Positions 27,746 to 40,779 of a stretch of 64,000 nucleotides of DNA are shown in pieces. The notes below the pieces were generated by a model. That model did no database searches, was not told where the DNA came from, and saw only the letters and a program-made list of their open reading frames with translations. Source of the stretch: Escherichia coli O157:H7. GTDB lineage: Bacteria; Pseudomonadota; Gammaproteobacteria; Enterobacterales; Enterobacteriaceae. A program made the position numbers and the translations under genes. The stretch lies in assembly GCF_013167455.1 (NCBI RefSeq), contig NZ_CP038328.1; one strand, 5' to 3'. Positions within the stretch are counted from its first letter, which is position 1, and the number at the start of each line of letters is the position of its first letter.

Positions 27746-29890
27746 TTACTGCTGCTGTGCAGACTGAATCGCAGTCAGCGCGATGGTGTAGACGATATCG
27801 TCAACCAGTGCGCCACGGGACAGGTCGTTAACCGGCTTGCGCATACCCTGCAGCATCGGCCCGATGGAGATCAGGTCGGCAGAACGCTGTACCGCTTTGT
27901 AGGTGGTGTTACCGGTGTTCAGATCCGGGAAGATGAACACGGTAGCGCGACCTGCAACCGGAGAGTTCGGCGCTTTGGATTTCGCAACGTCAGCCATTAC
28001 CGCAGCGTCGTACTGCAGCGGACCGTCGATCATCAGGTCAGGACGTTTTTCCTGCGCCAGACGAGTTGCTTCGCGAACTTTTTCTACGTCGCTACCTGCA
28101 CCAGAAGTACCGGTAGAGTAGGAGAGCATAGCAACGCGCGGTTCGATACCGAAGGCTGCAGCGGAATCAGCGGACTGAATCGCGATTTCTGCCAGCTGTT
28201 CTGCGGTCGGATCCGGGTTGATCGCACAGTCACCGTAAACGTAAACCTGTTCCGGCAGCAGCATGAAGAACACGGAAGATACCAGGGAGCTGCCCGGTGC
28301 AGTTTTGATCAGCTGCAGCGGCGGACGGATGGTGTTTGCGGTAGTGTGAACAGCACCGGAAACCAGACCATCAACTTCATCCTGTTCCAGCATCAGCGTA
28401 CCGAGCACCACGTTGTCTTCCAGCTGTTCGCGGGCAACGGTTTCGGTCATGCCTTTGTTCTTACGCAGCTCGACCAGACGACCAACATAGCTTTCGCGAA
28501 CCACTTCTGGATCAACGATTTCAATGCCTGCACCCAGTTCTACACCCTGAGACGCTGCAACACGGTTGATCTCTGCCGGATTACCCAGCAGTACGCAAGT
28601 TGCGATACCACGTTCAGCACAGATAGCGGCTGCTTTAACGGTACGCGGTTCGTCACCTTCCGGCAGTACGATACGTTTGCCCGCTTTGCGCGCAAGTTCA
28701 GTCAGCTGATAACGGAACGCTGGCGGAGACAGACGACGGCTGCGCTCAGAAGTGGCAGTCAGAGAATCGATCCAGTCAGCGTTGATGTAGTTAGCAACGT
28801 ATTCCTGAACTTTCTCGATACGCTCGTGATCGTCAACTGGAACTTCCAGGTTGAAGCTCTGCAGGCTCAGAGAAGTCTGCCAGGTGTTGGTGTTCACCAT
28901 AAATACCGGCAGGCCGGTAGCGAAAGCACGTTCGCACAGTTTAGAAATGCGCGCGTCCATTTCGTAGCCGCCAGTCAGCAGCAGGGCACCGATTTCTACG
29001 CCGTTCATGGCAGCCAGGCAAGCGGCAACCAGCACGTCAGGACGGTCTGCGGAAGTCACCAGCAGAGAACCGGCACGGAAGTGCTCCAGCATGTGCGGAA
29101 TGCTGCGTGCGCAGAAAGTGACGGATTTAACGCGGCGAGTATTGATGTCGCCTTCGTTGATGATGGTCGCATTCAGGTGGCGAGCCATATCGATCGCACG
29201 AGTCGCGATCAGGTCAAAGCTCCACGGCACAGCGCCGAGAACCGGCAGCGGGCTGGATTCTTGCAGCTTCGCCGGATCAACATTGTTTACTTTAGCTTTG
29301 GAAGAGTCGTCGAAAATCTCGGACAGATCCGGGCGAGTACGACCCTGTTCATCAACCGGTGCGTTCAGTTTGTTAACGATAACGCCGGTGATGTTGGTGT
29401 TTTTGGCACCGCCGAAGCTGTTGCGGGTCAGTTCGATACGCTCTTTCAGCTGTTCCGGGGTGTCAGTGCCCTGAGACATAACGAAGACGATTTCCGCATT
29501 CAGCGTTTTAGCGATTTCGTAGTTCAGAGACTGGGCAAATTGGTGCTTACGTGTCGGGACCAGACCTTCAACCAGAACGACTTCAGCGTCTTTGGTGTTA
29601 GCGTGGTAGTTTGCGACGATCTCTTCCATCAGCACATCTTTCTGATTGCTGGAAAGCAGACCTTCAACGTAGCTCATTTTCAGCGGTTCAGCGGCCGTCG
29701 TGGTGGAAGAGTTCGCACGCACGATAGTCGTAGTCTGATCGGGCGCATCGCCACCGGTACGCGGCTGAGCGATAGGTTTGAAAACGCTCAGACGAACGCC
29801 TTTGCGTTCCATTGCACGGATCACGCCAAGGCTGACGCTGGTCAGACCGACGCTGGTTCCGGTAGGGATCAGCATAATAATACGGGACAC
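27746..29890 (-). CDS. pta: Phosphate acetyltransferase
   Basis: 714 aa; three-domain Pta architecture; adjacent to ackA. Confidence 0.97.
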   Translation of the reverse strand: MSRIIMLIPTGTSVGLTSVSLGVIRAMERKGVRLSVFKPIAQPRTGGDAPDQTTTIVRANSSTTTAAEPLKMSYVEGLLSSNQKDVLMEEIVANYHANTKDAEVVLVEGLVPTRKHQFAQSLNYEIAKTLNAEIVFVMSQGTDTPEQLKERIELTRNSFGGAKNTNITGVIVNKLNAPVDEQGRTRPDLSEIFDDSSKAKVNNVDPAKLQESSPLPVLGAVPWSFDLIATRAIDMARHLNATIINEGDINTRRVKSVTFCARSIPHMLEHFRAGSLLVTSADRPDVLVAACLAAMNGVEIGALLLTGGYEMDARISKLCERAFATGLPVFMVNTNTWQTSLSLQSFNLEVPVDDHERIEKVQEYVANYINADWIDSLTATSERSRRLSPPAFRYQLTELARKAGKRIVLPEGDEPRTVKAAAICAERGIATCVLLGNPAEINRVAASQGVELGAGIEIVDPEVVRESYVGRLVELRKNKGMTETVAREQLEDNVVLGTLMLEQDEVDGLVSGAVHTTANTIRPPLQLIKTAPGSSLVSSVFFMLLPEQVYVYGDCAINPDPTAEQLAEIAIQSADSAAAFGIEPRVAMLSYSTGTSGAGSDVEKVREATRLAQEKRPDLMIDGPLQYDAAVMADVAKSKAPNSPVAGRATVFIFPDLNTGNTTYKAVQRSADLISIGPMLQGMRKPVNDLSRGALVDDIVYTIALTAIQSAQQQ

Positions 29891-29936
29891 GGTTTATCCT
29901 CTTTCGTTACCGCCGATTTGGCGGGTTACAAAACAG

Positions 29937-29959
29937 CACCGCCAGCTGAGCTGGCGGTG
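29937..29959 (-). other. ackA-pta intercistronic hairpin
   Basis: caccgccagc-tgag-ctggcggtg in the 74-bp ackA-pta gap. Confidence 0.5.
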
Positions 29960-29964
29960 TGAAA

Positions 29965-31167
29965 TCAGGCAGTCAGGCGGCTCGCGTCTTGCGCGATAAC
30001 CAGTTCTTCGTTGGTTGGGATAACCACCGCAGGACGGGTACCTTCTTTGTTGATGAAACCAGATTTGCCGAAACGTGCAGCCAGATTGCGTTCATGATCA
30101 ACTTCAAAGCCCAGCACGCCCAGTTTGCCCAGAGACAGTTCACGGACCATCGCGGCATTTTCACCGATACCACCGGTGAATACAACAGCGTCCAGACGAC
30201 CATCCATCAGCGCAGTGTAGGCACCGATGTATTTCGCCAGGCGGTGGCAGTAAACGTCCATTGCGCGCTTCGCGTCTTCTTTCGTCGCGTAGTTGTCTTC
30301 AACATAGCGGCAGTCGCTGGTCACTTCGGTCAGACCCAGCAGGCCAGACTCTTTGGTCAGCAGTTTGTTGATTGCGTCAACGCTCATGCCCAGGGTGTCG
30401 TGCAGGTGGAAGATGATCGCCGGATCGATATCACCAGAACGGGTACCCATGACCAGACCTTCCAGCGGGGTCAGGCCCATAGAGGTGTCAACGCATTTAC
30501 CGTTGCGGATAGCAGAAACGGAACCACCGTTGCCCAGGTGGCAGGTGATGATGTTCAGTTCTTCTACCGGTTTGTTCAGCATTTTTGCCGCTTCCTGGGT
30601 TACATAGAAGTGGCTGGTGCCGTGCGCGCCGTAACGACGGATGCCGTGCTCTTTGTACAGGTTGTACGGCAGGGCGTAGAGGTAAGACTCTTCCGGCATA
30701 GTCTGGTGGAACGCGGTGTCAAATACAGCAACGTTTTTGTCTTTCAGCTGTGGGAAAGATTTCAGAGCTTCTTCGATACCGATCAGGTGAGCCGGGTTGT
30801 GCAGCGGTGCAAAAGAAGCTGCATCTTTGATACCCTGAATAACAGACTCATCGATCACTACGGAGCTGGTATACTTTTCGCCGCCGTGTACGATACGGTG
30901 ACCGATAGCAGTCAGCTGCGCAGACAGTTCTGGTTTTTGTGCCAGAATAGTATTAACGATAAAGTTGAGCGCTTCGCTGTGAGCGGCGCCTGCACCTAAA
31001 GCCGCTTCCTGTTTATTGCCGTCCATTTTCCATTTGATACGTGCTTCGGGCAGGTGGAAACATTCGGCTAAACCAGAAAGGTACTCTTCACCATTTACTG
31101 CATCGATGATGGCAAATTTCAGTGAAGAACTACCGCAGTTCAGAACCAGTACTAACTTACTCGACAT
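29965..31167 (-). CDS. ackA: Acetate kinase
   Basis: 400 aa; N-terminal [16 protein letters not shown] (ASKHA superfamily). Confidence 0.97.
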   Translation of the reverse strand: MSSKLVLVLNCGSSSLKFAIIDAVNGEEYLSGLAECFHLPEARIKWKMDGNKQEAALGAGAAHSEALNFIVNTILAQKPELSAQLTAIGHRIVHGGEKYTSSVVIDESVIQGIKDAASFAPLHNPAHLIGIEEALKSFPQLKDKNVAVFDTAFHQTMPEESYLYALPYNLYKEHGIRRYGAHGTSHFYVTQEAAKMLNKPVEELNIITCHLGNGGSVSAIRNGKCVDTSMGLTPLEGLVMGTRSGDIDPAIIFHLHDTLGMSVDAINKLLTKESGLLGLTEVTSDCRYVEDNYATKEDAKRAMDVYCHRLAKYIGAYTALMDGRLDAVVFTGGIGENAAMVRELSLGKLGVLGFEVDHERNLAARFGKSGFINKEGTRPAVVIPTNEELVIAQDASRLTA

Positions 31168-31504
31168 GGAAGTACCTATAATTGATACGTGGCTAAAAAA
31201 ACGTCAGGGAGCCATAGAGCGTAGCGCATGATGACACCGACATTTATGATTAACATCATGCACTGCAAATTTTTTTTGCATGATGGAAGAAATATCTTGA
31301 GTCTATGCCATTTTGCGTAATTTTCAGCCAATGGCATAATGTATATGAATTTGACGACTCAATGAATATGTACTACTTAGGCCTTCAGGCTGCTAAAGGA
31401 TACCTGATAGTGGGTATGGAAGACAAAATGTTTTGAACGTTGTCCCGCTGAGTTGTGAATTTGCACAAATTTTTGAATCTTTATATGTGAAGTTGAGGTG
31501 AAGC

Positions 31505-31960
31505 ATGTCAACGCCGGATAATCGTTCTGTTAATTTTTTTAGCTTGTTTCGCCGGGGACAGCATTACTCAAAGACGTGGCCGCTGGAAAAACGCCTTGCC
31601 CCGGTCTTTGTCGAAAATCGCGTTATCAAGATGACGCGTTATGCGATCCGTTTTATGCCGCCGATCGCCGTATTTACTCTCTGCTGGCAGATTGCCCTGG
31701 GCGGTCAGCTTGGGCCGGCAGTTGCCACTGCCCTGTTCGCCTTAAGTTTACCCATGCAGGGATTGTGGTGGCTGGGCAAGCGTTCTGTCACGCCATTACC
31801 CCCTGCAATCCTCAACTGGTTTTATGAAGTTCGCGGTAAATTGCAGGAGTCTGGACAGGTGTTGGCACCCGTTGAAGGCAAGCCTGATTACCAGGCATTA
31901 GCTGACACGCTTAAGCGTGCCTTCAAACAACTGGATAAAACTTTCCTTGATGATTTGTAA
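31505..31960 (+). CDS. yfbV: UPF0208 inner membrane protein YfbV
   Basis: 151 aa, two TM segments. Confidence 0.9.
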
Positions 31961-31964
31961 TTGA

Positions 31965-32537
<573 letters not shown>

Positions 32538-32547
32538 GGAGGCCCGC

Positions 32548-33198
32548 GTGCGGTGCAAAGGTTTTCTGTTTGATCTTGATGGAACGCTGGTGGATTCCCT
32601 GCCTGCGGTAGAACGGGCGTGGAGCAACTGGGCCAGACGTCATGGGTTAGCGCCGGAAGAGGTGCTGGCTTTCATTCACGGTAAACAGGCGATCACCTCT
32701 CTGCGCCATTTTATGGCGGGCAAATCCGAGGCTGATATTGCCGCCGAGTTTACGCGTTTGGAGCAAATCGAGGCCACGGAAACCGAAGGTATTACCGCGC
32801 TTCCGGGGGCAATCGCCTTACTCAATCATTTGAATAAAGCAGGTATTCCGTGGGCCATTGTGACTTCTGGCTCCATGCCGGTAGCGCGAGCGCGCCATAA
32901 AATAGCGGGGCTTCCCGCACCAGAGGTGTTTGTAACCGCTGAGCGAGTGAAGCGCGGAAAACCAGAACCTGATGCGTATCTGTTAGGCGCGCAGCTGCTG
33001 GGGCTTGCGCCGCAGGAGTGTGTGGTGGTGGAAGATGCTCCCGCTGGCGTGCTTTCTGGCCTGGCGGCGGGTTGCCATGTCATTGCGGTTAACGCTCCGG
33101 CAGATACCCCGCGCCTGAATGAGGTCGATTTGGTCCTCCACAGTCTGGAGCAAATTACTGTGACCAAACAGCCAAATGGCGATGTTATTATTCAGTGA
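32548..33198 (+). CDS. hxpA: HAD-family hexitol/sugar phosphatase HxpA (YfbT)
   Basis: 216 aa; HAD motif I FDLDGTLVDS. Confidence 0.92.
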   Translation: MRCKGFLFDLDGTLVDSLPAVERAWSNWARRHGLAPEEVLAFIHGKQAITSLRHFMAGKSEADIAAEFTRLEQIEATETEGITALPGAIALLNHLNKAGIPWAIVTSGSMPVARARHKIAGLPAPEVFVTAERVKRGKPEPDAYLLGAQLLGLAPQECVVVEDAPAGVLSGLAAGCHVIAVNAPADTPRLNEVDLVLHSLEQITVTKQPNGDVIIQ

Positions 33199-33216
33199 AA
33201 CACCTGATCATGATTT

Positions 33217-33242
33217 AGCCCCGTCTCGTCGGGGCTTTTTTA
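33217..33242 (+). terminator. Intrinsic terminator after hxpA
   Basis: agccccg-tctcgt-cggggct followed by tttttt. Confidence 0.8.
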
Positions 33243-33284
33243 TGGCAGAATCAAGTCATCCCCCTCAATTAACAAGGATAAGTT

Positions 33285-35117
33285 GTGAACGGTGAATTGA
33301 TTTGGGTTCTTTCATTACTGGCCGTTGCCATCGTCTTGTTTGCGACGGGCAGAGTGCGTATGGATGCGGTCGCTTTGTTTGTTATTGTCGCGTTTGCATT
33401 AAGCGGAACGCTGACAGTCCCAGAAGTATTTTCTGGCTTTTCTGATCCTAACGTTGTCCTGATTGCCGCCTTGTTTATTATTGGCGATGGTTTGGTCCGT
33501 ACCGGTGTTGCCACCGTAATGGGAACATGGCTGGTCAAAGTTGCGGGCAACAGTGAAATCAAAATGTTGGTTTTGTTGATGCTGACCGTCGCGGGGCTTG
33601 GCGCGTTTATGAGTTCAACCGGCGTTGTCGCTATCTTTATTCCCGTGGTGTTAAGCGTTGCCATGCGTATGCAAACTTCGCCGTCACGTCTGATGATGCC
33701 GTTAAGTTTTGCCGGGCTGATTAGCGGCATGATGACGCTGGTGGCGACGCCGCCGAACCTGGTAGTCAACAGTGAATTGCTGCGTGAAGGCTATCACGGC
33801 TTCAGTTTCTTTAGCGTAACACCTATTGGCCTGGTCGTGCTGGTGCTGGGTATTTTGTATATGTTAGTGATGCGTTTCATGCTGAAAGGGGATACCCAGA
33901 CCCCGCAGCGCGAAGGCTGGACGCGTCGAACCTTTCGCGATCTTATCCGTGAATATCGACTGACCGGGCGTGCGCGACGTCTGGCTATTCGCCCCGGATC
34001 GCCAATGATTGGTCAACGGCTGGATGATCTCAAATTACGTGAGCGTTATGGCGCTAACGTCATCGGTGTTGAACGCTGGCGGCGTTTTCGTCGCGTTATC
34101 GTGAACGTTAATGGGGTTTCTGAATTTCGCGCGCGTGACGTTTTGCTTATTGATATGTCTGCGGCTGATGTCGATCTCCGGCAATTTTGTAGTGAGCAAT
34201 TGCTGGAGCCGATGGTACTGCGCGGCGAGTATTTTTCTGACCAGGCCCTTGATGTGGGCATGGCAGAGATTTCATTAATTCCTGAGTCAGAACTGATTGG
34301 TAAATCGGTGCGCGAAATTGGTTTTCGTACCCGCTACGGACTGAATGTGGTGGGGCTAAAGCGCAATGGCGTGGCGCTGGAAGGTTCGCTGGCGGATGAG
34401 CCTCTGCTGCTGGGCGATATCATCCTGGTTGTGGGTAACTGGAAACTGATCGGTATGCTGGCCAAACAGGGCCGCGACTTCGTAGCGCTGAACTTACCGG
34501 AAGAGGTGAGTGAAGCATCGCCCGCGCACAGCCAGGCACCCCATGCCATTTTCTGTCTGGTGCTAATGGTGGCGTTAATGCTGACAGATGAAATTCCTAA
34601 TCCTGTTGCCGCTATCATCGCCTGCCTGCTGATGGGGAAATTCCGCTGTATAGATGCTGAAAGCGCCTATAAATCCATTCACTGGCCGAGCATTATTTTG
34701 ATCGTTGGGATGATGCCGTTTGCTGTGGCATTACAGAAAACGGGAGGTGTCGCGCTGGCGGTGAAAGGGCTGATGGACATTGGCGGTGGTTACGGGCCAC
34801 ATATGATGCTGGGTTGTTTGTTTGTCTTGTCGGCGGTTATTGGGCTATTTATCTCTAATACCGCGACGGCGGTGTTGATGGCTCCGATTGCGCTGGCTGC
34901 TGCCAAAACGATGGGGGTGTCGCCTTATCCATTCGCGATGGTCGTGGCGATGGCAGCATCCGCCGCCTTTATGACACCGGTTTCTTCACCTGTTAACACA
35001 TTGGTTTTAGGTCCGGGAAATTACAGCTTCAGTGACTTTGTGAAGCTGGGGGTACCGTTCACCATTATCGTGATGGCGGTTTGTGTGGTGATGATCCCGA
35101 TGCTGTTTCCGTTTTGA
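33285..35117 (+). CDS. yfbS: Putative anion transporter YfbS (membrane domains flanking a soluble TrkA-C-like regulatory region)
   Basis: 610 aa; hydrophobic N- and C-terminal halves with a central soluble segment. Confidence 0.9.
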
Positions 35118-35120
35118 CAA

Positions 35121-35165
35121 GAGCCTGATGTCGCATCCGGCGCTTATTGCCTGATGCGACGCAGA
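35121..35165. repeat. REP-like element between yfbS and yfbR
   Basis: gcctgatgtcgcatccggcgcttattgcctgatgcgacgc. Confidence 0.55.
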
Positions 35166-35175
35166 CTCCAGCTGC

Positions 35176-35775
35176 TTACAGCGGTGAATCCTGGCTAATC
35201 TCATCGAGCGAAAGATGGAAGCTGGGAACAAATACTTCCATGAAGTAGTCCATCTCCTGGCTGCGGCGCGCTTCAAGCGTCGCTTCCAGTCGCGTTTTTG
35301 CCAGCAAGAATTCATTATTTCCCGCCGCGAGTTCTTCCAGACATTTCAGATATGCACACAGTGCATCTGCCTGTTTCACCAGCGATTTTTCTTCATCGCT
35401 ATATGCATGCTCGTCAATTAACGGCGCAAAGATATCCCGCAGCTCTTCCGGAACCATATCGACCAGTTTTTGCTGAGCGATTTTTTCAATAGCCTTGTAC
35501 TCCTGAGCGATTTGCGAATTGAAGTATTTCACCGGAGTAGGGAGATCGCCGGTGAGCACTTCTGAGGCATCGTGGTACATCGCCAGTAAAGCGATACGTT
35601 CGGCGTTGACATTACCGCCAAATTTCCGATTTTTGATAGCTGCCAGCGCATGGGCGACCATCGCTACCTGCAAACTGTGTTCGGACACATTTTCCGTCCG
35701 CACGTTGCGCATGAGCGGCCAGCGGTTAATGAGTTTCAGGCGGGAGAGATGGGCAAAAAAATGGCTCTGTTTCAT
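35176..35775 (-). CDS. yfbR: 5'-deoxynucleotidase YfbR (HD domain)
   Basis: 199 aa; HD motif residues in [10 protein letters not shown] and YHDASE. Confidence 0.93.
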
Positions 35776-35822
35776 AGTGACCTTACGTATGATGACATCA
35801 TCAGGTCATTGTGGCGGGATAA

Positions 35823-35849
35823 CACTGCCGGATGCAATCTCCGGCAGTG
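35823..35849. other. Perfect 10-bp stem hairpin downstream of alaA
   Basis: cactgccgga-tgcaatc-tccggcagtg; no clear U-tract on either strand. Confidence 0.45.
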
Positions 35850-35858
35850 AAATTAAGA

Positions 35859-37076
35859 TTACAGCTGATGATAACCAGAAAGGAAACGCGCGAACTTGCT
35901 CAACGACAGCTCGATATCATCGACACGCGGTAGCGTGACAATGCGGAAGTGATCCGGCCACGGCCAGTTGAATGCCGTCCCTTGCACCAACAGAACTTTT
36001 TCCTGCAACAGGAAATCCAGCACCATTTTCTGATCGTCGTGAATGTTAAAGCGTTTGGCGTCGATTTTCGGGAACATGTACAGCGCACCACAAGGTTTCA
36101 CGCAGGAAACGCCCGGAATATCGTTGATCAATTCCCACGCGCGGTTACGCTGCTCATAAAGACGACCGCCAGGGGTAATAAATTCACTGATGCTCTGATA
36201 ACCACCCAGCGCGGTCTGAATGGCGTGTTGCGCAGGAACGTTAGCACACAGGCGCATTGAAGCCAGCATTTCCAGACCTTCGATGTAGCCTTTGGCGTGT
36301 TTTTTCGGCCCGTTCAACACCATCCACCCCTGACGGAAGCCTGCAACGCGGTACGTTTTCGACAGTCCATTAAAGGTAATGGTCAGCAGGTCAGGTGCCA
36401 GCGGCGCAATTGAGTGATGCTCAGCGTCGTCGTAGAGAATTTTGTCATAAATTTCATCGGCGAAGATAATGAGATTATGCTGACGTGCAATCTCCACAAT
36501 CTCCATTAAAAGCTCTTTGGAATATACCGCGCCGGTTGGGTTATTTGGGTTGATAATAACGATCCCACGCGTACGAGGCGTAATTTTAGCGCGAATATCA
36601 TCGAGGTCCGGGAACCAGTCAGAGGATTCATCGCAAAGATAATGCACCGCTTTACCGCTGGAAAGCGAAACCGCCGCGGTCCATAGTGGGTAATCTGGTG
36701 CAGGAACCAACATTTCGTCCCCGCTGTTCAGCAATGCCTGCATTGCCTGAACGATAAGCTCCGATACACCATTGCCGATGTAAATATCTTCCACGGTAAC
36801 ATCACGCATGCCACGAGCCTGATAGTGCTGCATGATGGCTTTACGCGCGGAGTAAAGACCTTTGGAATCGCAATACCCTTGAGCGGTAGGCAGGTTGCGT
36901 ATCACGTCAACGAGGATTTCATCTGGCGCGTCAAAACCGAACGGGGCTGGGTTGCCGATGTTCAGTTTCAGTACCTTGTTACCTTCTTCTTCCAGGCGTT
37001 TTGCTTCTTTCAGCACCGGACCACGGATGTCATAACAGACATTCTCTAATTTGCTGGATTTTTCAATGGGGGACAT
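35859..37076 (-). CDS. alaA: Glutamate-pyruvate aminotransferase AlaA (YfbQ)
   Basis: 405 aa; class I aminotransferase with PLP-lysine region NGLSKTYRVAGFRQGW. Confidence 0.95.
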   Translation of the reverse strand: MSPIEKSSKLENVCYDIRGPVLKEAKRLEEEGNKVLKLNIGNPAPFGFDAPDEILVDVIRNLPTAQGYCDSKGLYSARKAIMQHYQARGMRDVTVEDIYIGNGVSELIVQAMQALLNSGDEMLVPAPDYPLWTAAVSLSSGKAVHYLCDESSDWFPDLDDIRAKITPRTRGIVIINPNNPTGAVYSKELLMEIVEIARQHNLIIFADEIYDKILYDDAEHHSIAPLAPDLLTITFNGLSKTYRVAGFRQGWMVLNGPKKHAKGYIEGLEMLASMRLCANVPAQHAIQTALGGYQSISEFITPGGRLYEQRNRAWELINDIPGVSCVKPCGALYMFPKIDAKRFNIHDDQKMVLDFLLQEKVLLVQGTAFNWPWPDHFRIVTLPRVDDIELSLSKFARFLSGYHQL

Positions 37077-37992
37077 GAATCTTGACCTTTTTTGCTGTTA
37101 TCGCCACTCCCTGCCGTGGAAGTCAGCTTAGAACAATGTACTCCCCCAGGACGGTGTTTTGAAGGTCTGCAGAATAAGATTTTGCCAGAGGGGAAGGCTC
37201 GATTGTGCTGTTAATAACTTAATAATGACAAAATAATGAGGTGCATATGCTTTACATGCAATGTTATATAGTGAATTGTTCTGATTCTTAATTGTAAGTC
37301 TGGTTTTTTTATCTGTAAGATAATTGTGTGAAAATGCCTCATTTAAGAATTCACTAATGAAACGCGATGATGATATTTCCGCATTACGGAGAGTTTAACA
37401 GCGTGATGATTTCCGAGGTGTCGCAATGGGGGCAAGGTGTGAAACTATTGTTAAGCGGAATTAATGAATGAGGATGATGCTAATTAATTATTATTTAATA
37501 TTCAAAAAGGTTTTGATGTGCTTATTAATAATAGAAGATTACTTTGCCTAACATAACATAACTTTGCATCAGATAATTCGCAATGACCCTTATAAATAAA
37601 AGGTTTTTGGGGTAAAATGCTCGCATAAATGACGGATCCCTGCTCTTGATGCCGCCTCACCATTGCTGTTTGTACGTGTTCGCGTATGACCAGCGATGCT
37701 GCACGAGAGTGGAACAAGGACTCACATTTACATTTATACAAACACGCGCATGTCATAAATAGAAAAGAGTGAGTAACTTAATAGATATGCGATCCCTGAA
37801 GATATATTCTGTGATCTACTTCAGGCATTATAACGGAACAATGTGAGTCGCTTTTTTAGTGCAACTCATATGCATTTTTACTTTCGTCCGGGTTCCGGAT
37901 GAAACTGCCAGGGAGGCACATTACAAATGGAATTGCTTGTTTGTGTGTGCACAGCATTAACCAGCTCAGTATGAGCCGCCAGTAAGTGATAA

Positions 37993-38934
<942 letters not shown>

Positions 38935-38979
38935 TCGACGGACGATAGATAATTCCTGAGACAATAGTGTAAAAAACGA

Positions 38980-39017
38980 GCCGCTGGGGGTGTTTTAAAC
39001 CCCAGCGGCTTTTTTTT
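38980..39017 (+). terminator. Intrinsic terminator after lrhA
   Basis: gccgctgggg-tgttttaaa-ccccagcggc followed by T8. Confidence 0.85.
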
Positions 39018-39564
39018 AGTAAAGAACCTTCTTCACATCGTGCAGAACGTACAAAACTGTTCATTTTTCAATCACCAGAGATTCACGCCCCGTACGCACA
39101 AATAATCGCCTGAAAAAAATCACCTGCTACAATGATGTTAAAAAATACGTAAATTTGTTGCTGCGTTTTTGTTATGGAATGACAAAAGCGTGTCACAGAT
39201 CAAGAAAATACTCTCTTTTGGGGGGAGGAATCGACACAAATTCCTGTCAAAATAGACCCGTATTTTTTCCATTGCTTCACAACGGACACGATTCAACAAC
39301 ATCTAATTATCCTGGAGTCGTCAAGGATCTGGGGTGAAAGGGCATTAAATGCTAATGGTGTTGATATTATGTAAACTAATGTGAAGAAACTTTTGTTAAA
39401 GTTGACAAAAGGTTATAGAAAGGAGTAAAAGACCACATCAATTAGCTGTATAAAAGAATTTCTACAGTGATTGTAAGGTTTTTTTTATTCCTCCCCATGA
39501 ATCGATGTGGCGTCCATCTGCCGTGAAGAGCAGTGAATCTGGCGCTACTTTTGATGAGTAAGCA

Positions 39565-40008
39565 ATGAGTATGTCAACATCCACTGAAGTCATCGCTCAT
39601 CACTGGGCATTCGCTATCTTTCTTATCGTTGCCATTGGCCTATGTTGCCTGATGCTGGTAGGCGGTTGGTTTTTAGGCGGTCGCGCACGCGCGAGGTCGA
39701 AAAACGTGCCGTTTGAATCCGGTATCGACTCGGTCGGCTCCGCCCGCTTACGCCTGTCCGCCAAGTTTTATCTGGTGGCCATGTTCTTCGTTATCTTCGA
39801 CGTTGAAGCGCTGTATCTGTTCGCATGGTCAACCTCTATCCGCGAAAGCGGCTGGGTAGGCTTTGTGGAAGCTGCAATTTTTATTTTTGTGTTACTGGCA
39901 GGTCTGGTTTATCTGGTGCGTATTGGCGCGCTGGACTGGACGCCCGCGCGTTCACGCCGCGAGCGTATGAACCCGGAAACGAACAGTATCGCTAATCGTC
40001 AACGCTAA
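39565..40008 (+). CDS. nuoA: NADH:quinone oxidoreductase subunit A
   Basis: 147 aa, three TM helices; first gene of a 13-gene nuo cluster. Confidence 0.96.
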
Positions 40009-40023
40009 CCGCGAGGCATTAAG

Positions 40024-40686
40024 ATGGATTATACGCTCACCCGCATAGATCCCAACGGTGAGAACGACCGTTACCCCCTGCAAAAGCAGGAGATCGTAAC
40101 CGACCCTCTGGAGCAAGAAGTTAACAAAAACGTGTTTATGGGCAAGCTCAATGACATGGTTAACTGGGGTCGTAAAAACTCAATTTGGCCGTATAACTTC
40201 GGTCTTTCCTGCTGTTACGTTGAGATGGTGACTTCGTTTACCGCGGTGCATGACGTGGCGCGTTTTGGCGCAGAAGTATTGCGTGCTTCGCCGCGTCAGG
40301 CTGACCTGATGGTGGTTGCAGGAACCTGCTTTACCAAAATGGCACCGGTTATTCAGCGTCTGTATGACCAGATGCTGGAACCAAAATGGGTTATCTCAAT
40401 GGGTGCCTGTGCCAACTCTGGTGGTATGTACGATATTTATTCCGTTGTGCAGGGCGTCGATAAATTCATCCCGGTTGATGTGTATATCCCGGGCTGCCCG
40501 CCGCGTCCTGAAGCGTACATGCAGGCACTGATGCTGTTGCAGGAATCTATCGGCAAAGAACGTCGTCCGCTCTCCTGGGTGGTTGGCGATCAGGGCGTTT
40601 ATCGCGCCAATATGCAATCAGAGCGCGAACGCAAGCGCGGTGAACGCATTGCCGTAACCAACCTGCGTACACCTGACGAGATTTAA
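40024..40686 (+). CDS. nuoB: NADH:quinone oxidoreductase subunit B (N2 Fe-S cluster)
   Basis: 220 aa; cluster-ligand motifs CCYVEM and GCPP. Confidence 0.97.
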
Positions 40687-40779
40687 TTTGCGCCTGTCGG
40701 CAAAGGGATTTTTCTTCGCTTATTCCTAAATCTATTTCGCGAAGCTTGCTGCGCCGACAGTCACCACGGACCATTTGCA

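Noticed and set aside
27692-29962. 756-aa plus-strand ORF covering the pta locus
   Set aside because: Antisense to the strongly supported pta gene; composition dominated by R/H/Q/V as expected from reading a GC-rich gene backwards; no start context.
29959-30999. 346-aa plus-strand ORF antisense to ackA
   Set aside because: Mirror frame of ackA; no independent motif or RBS support.
37502-37756. 84-aa minus-strand ORF in the alaA-lrhA intergenic region
   Set aside because: Arises in very AT-rich DNA with no RBS; I do not recognise a conserved family. Left as part of the regulatory-region finding.
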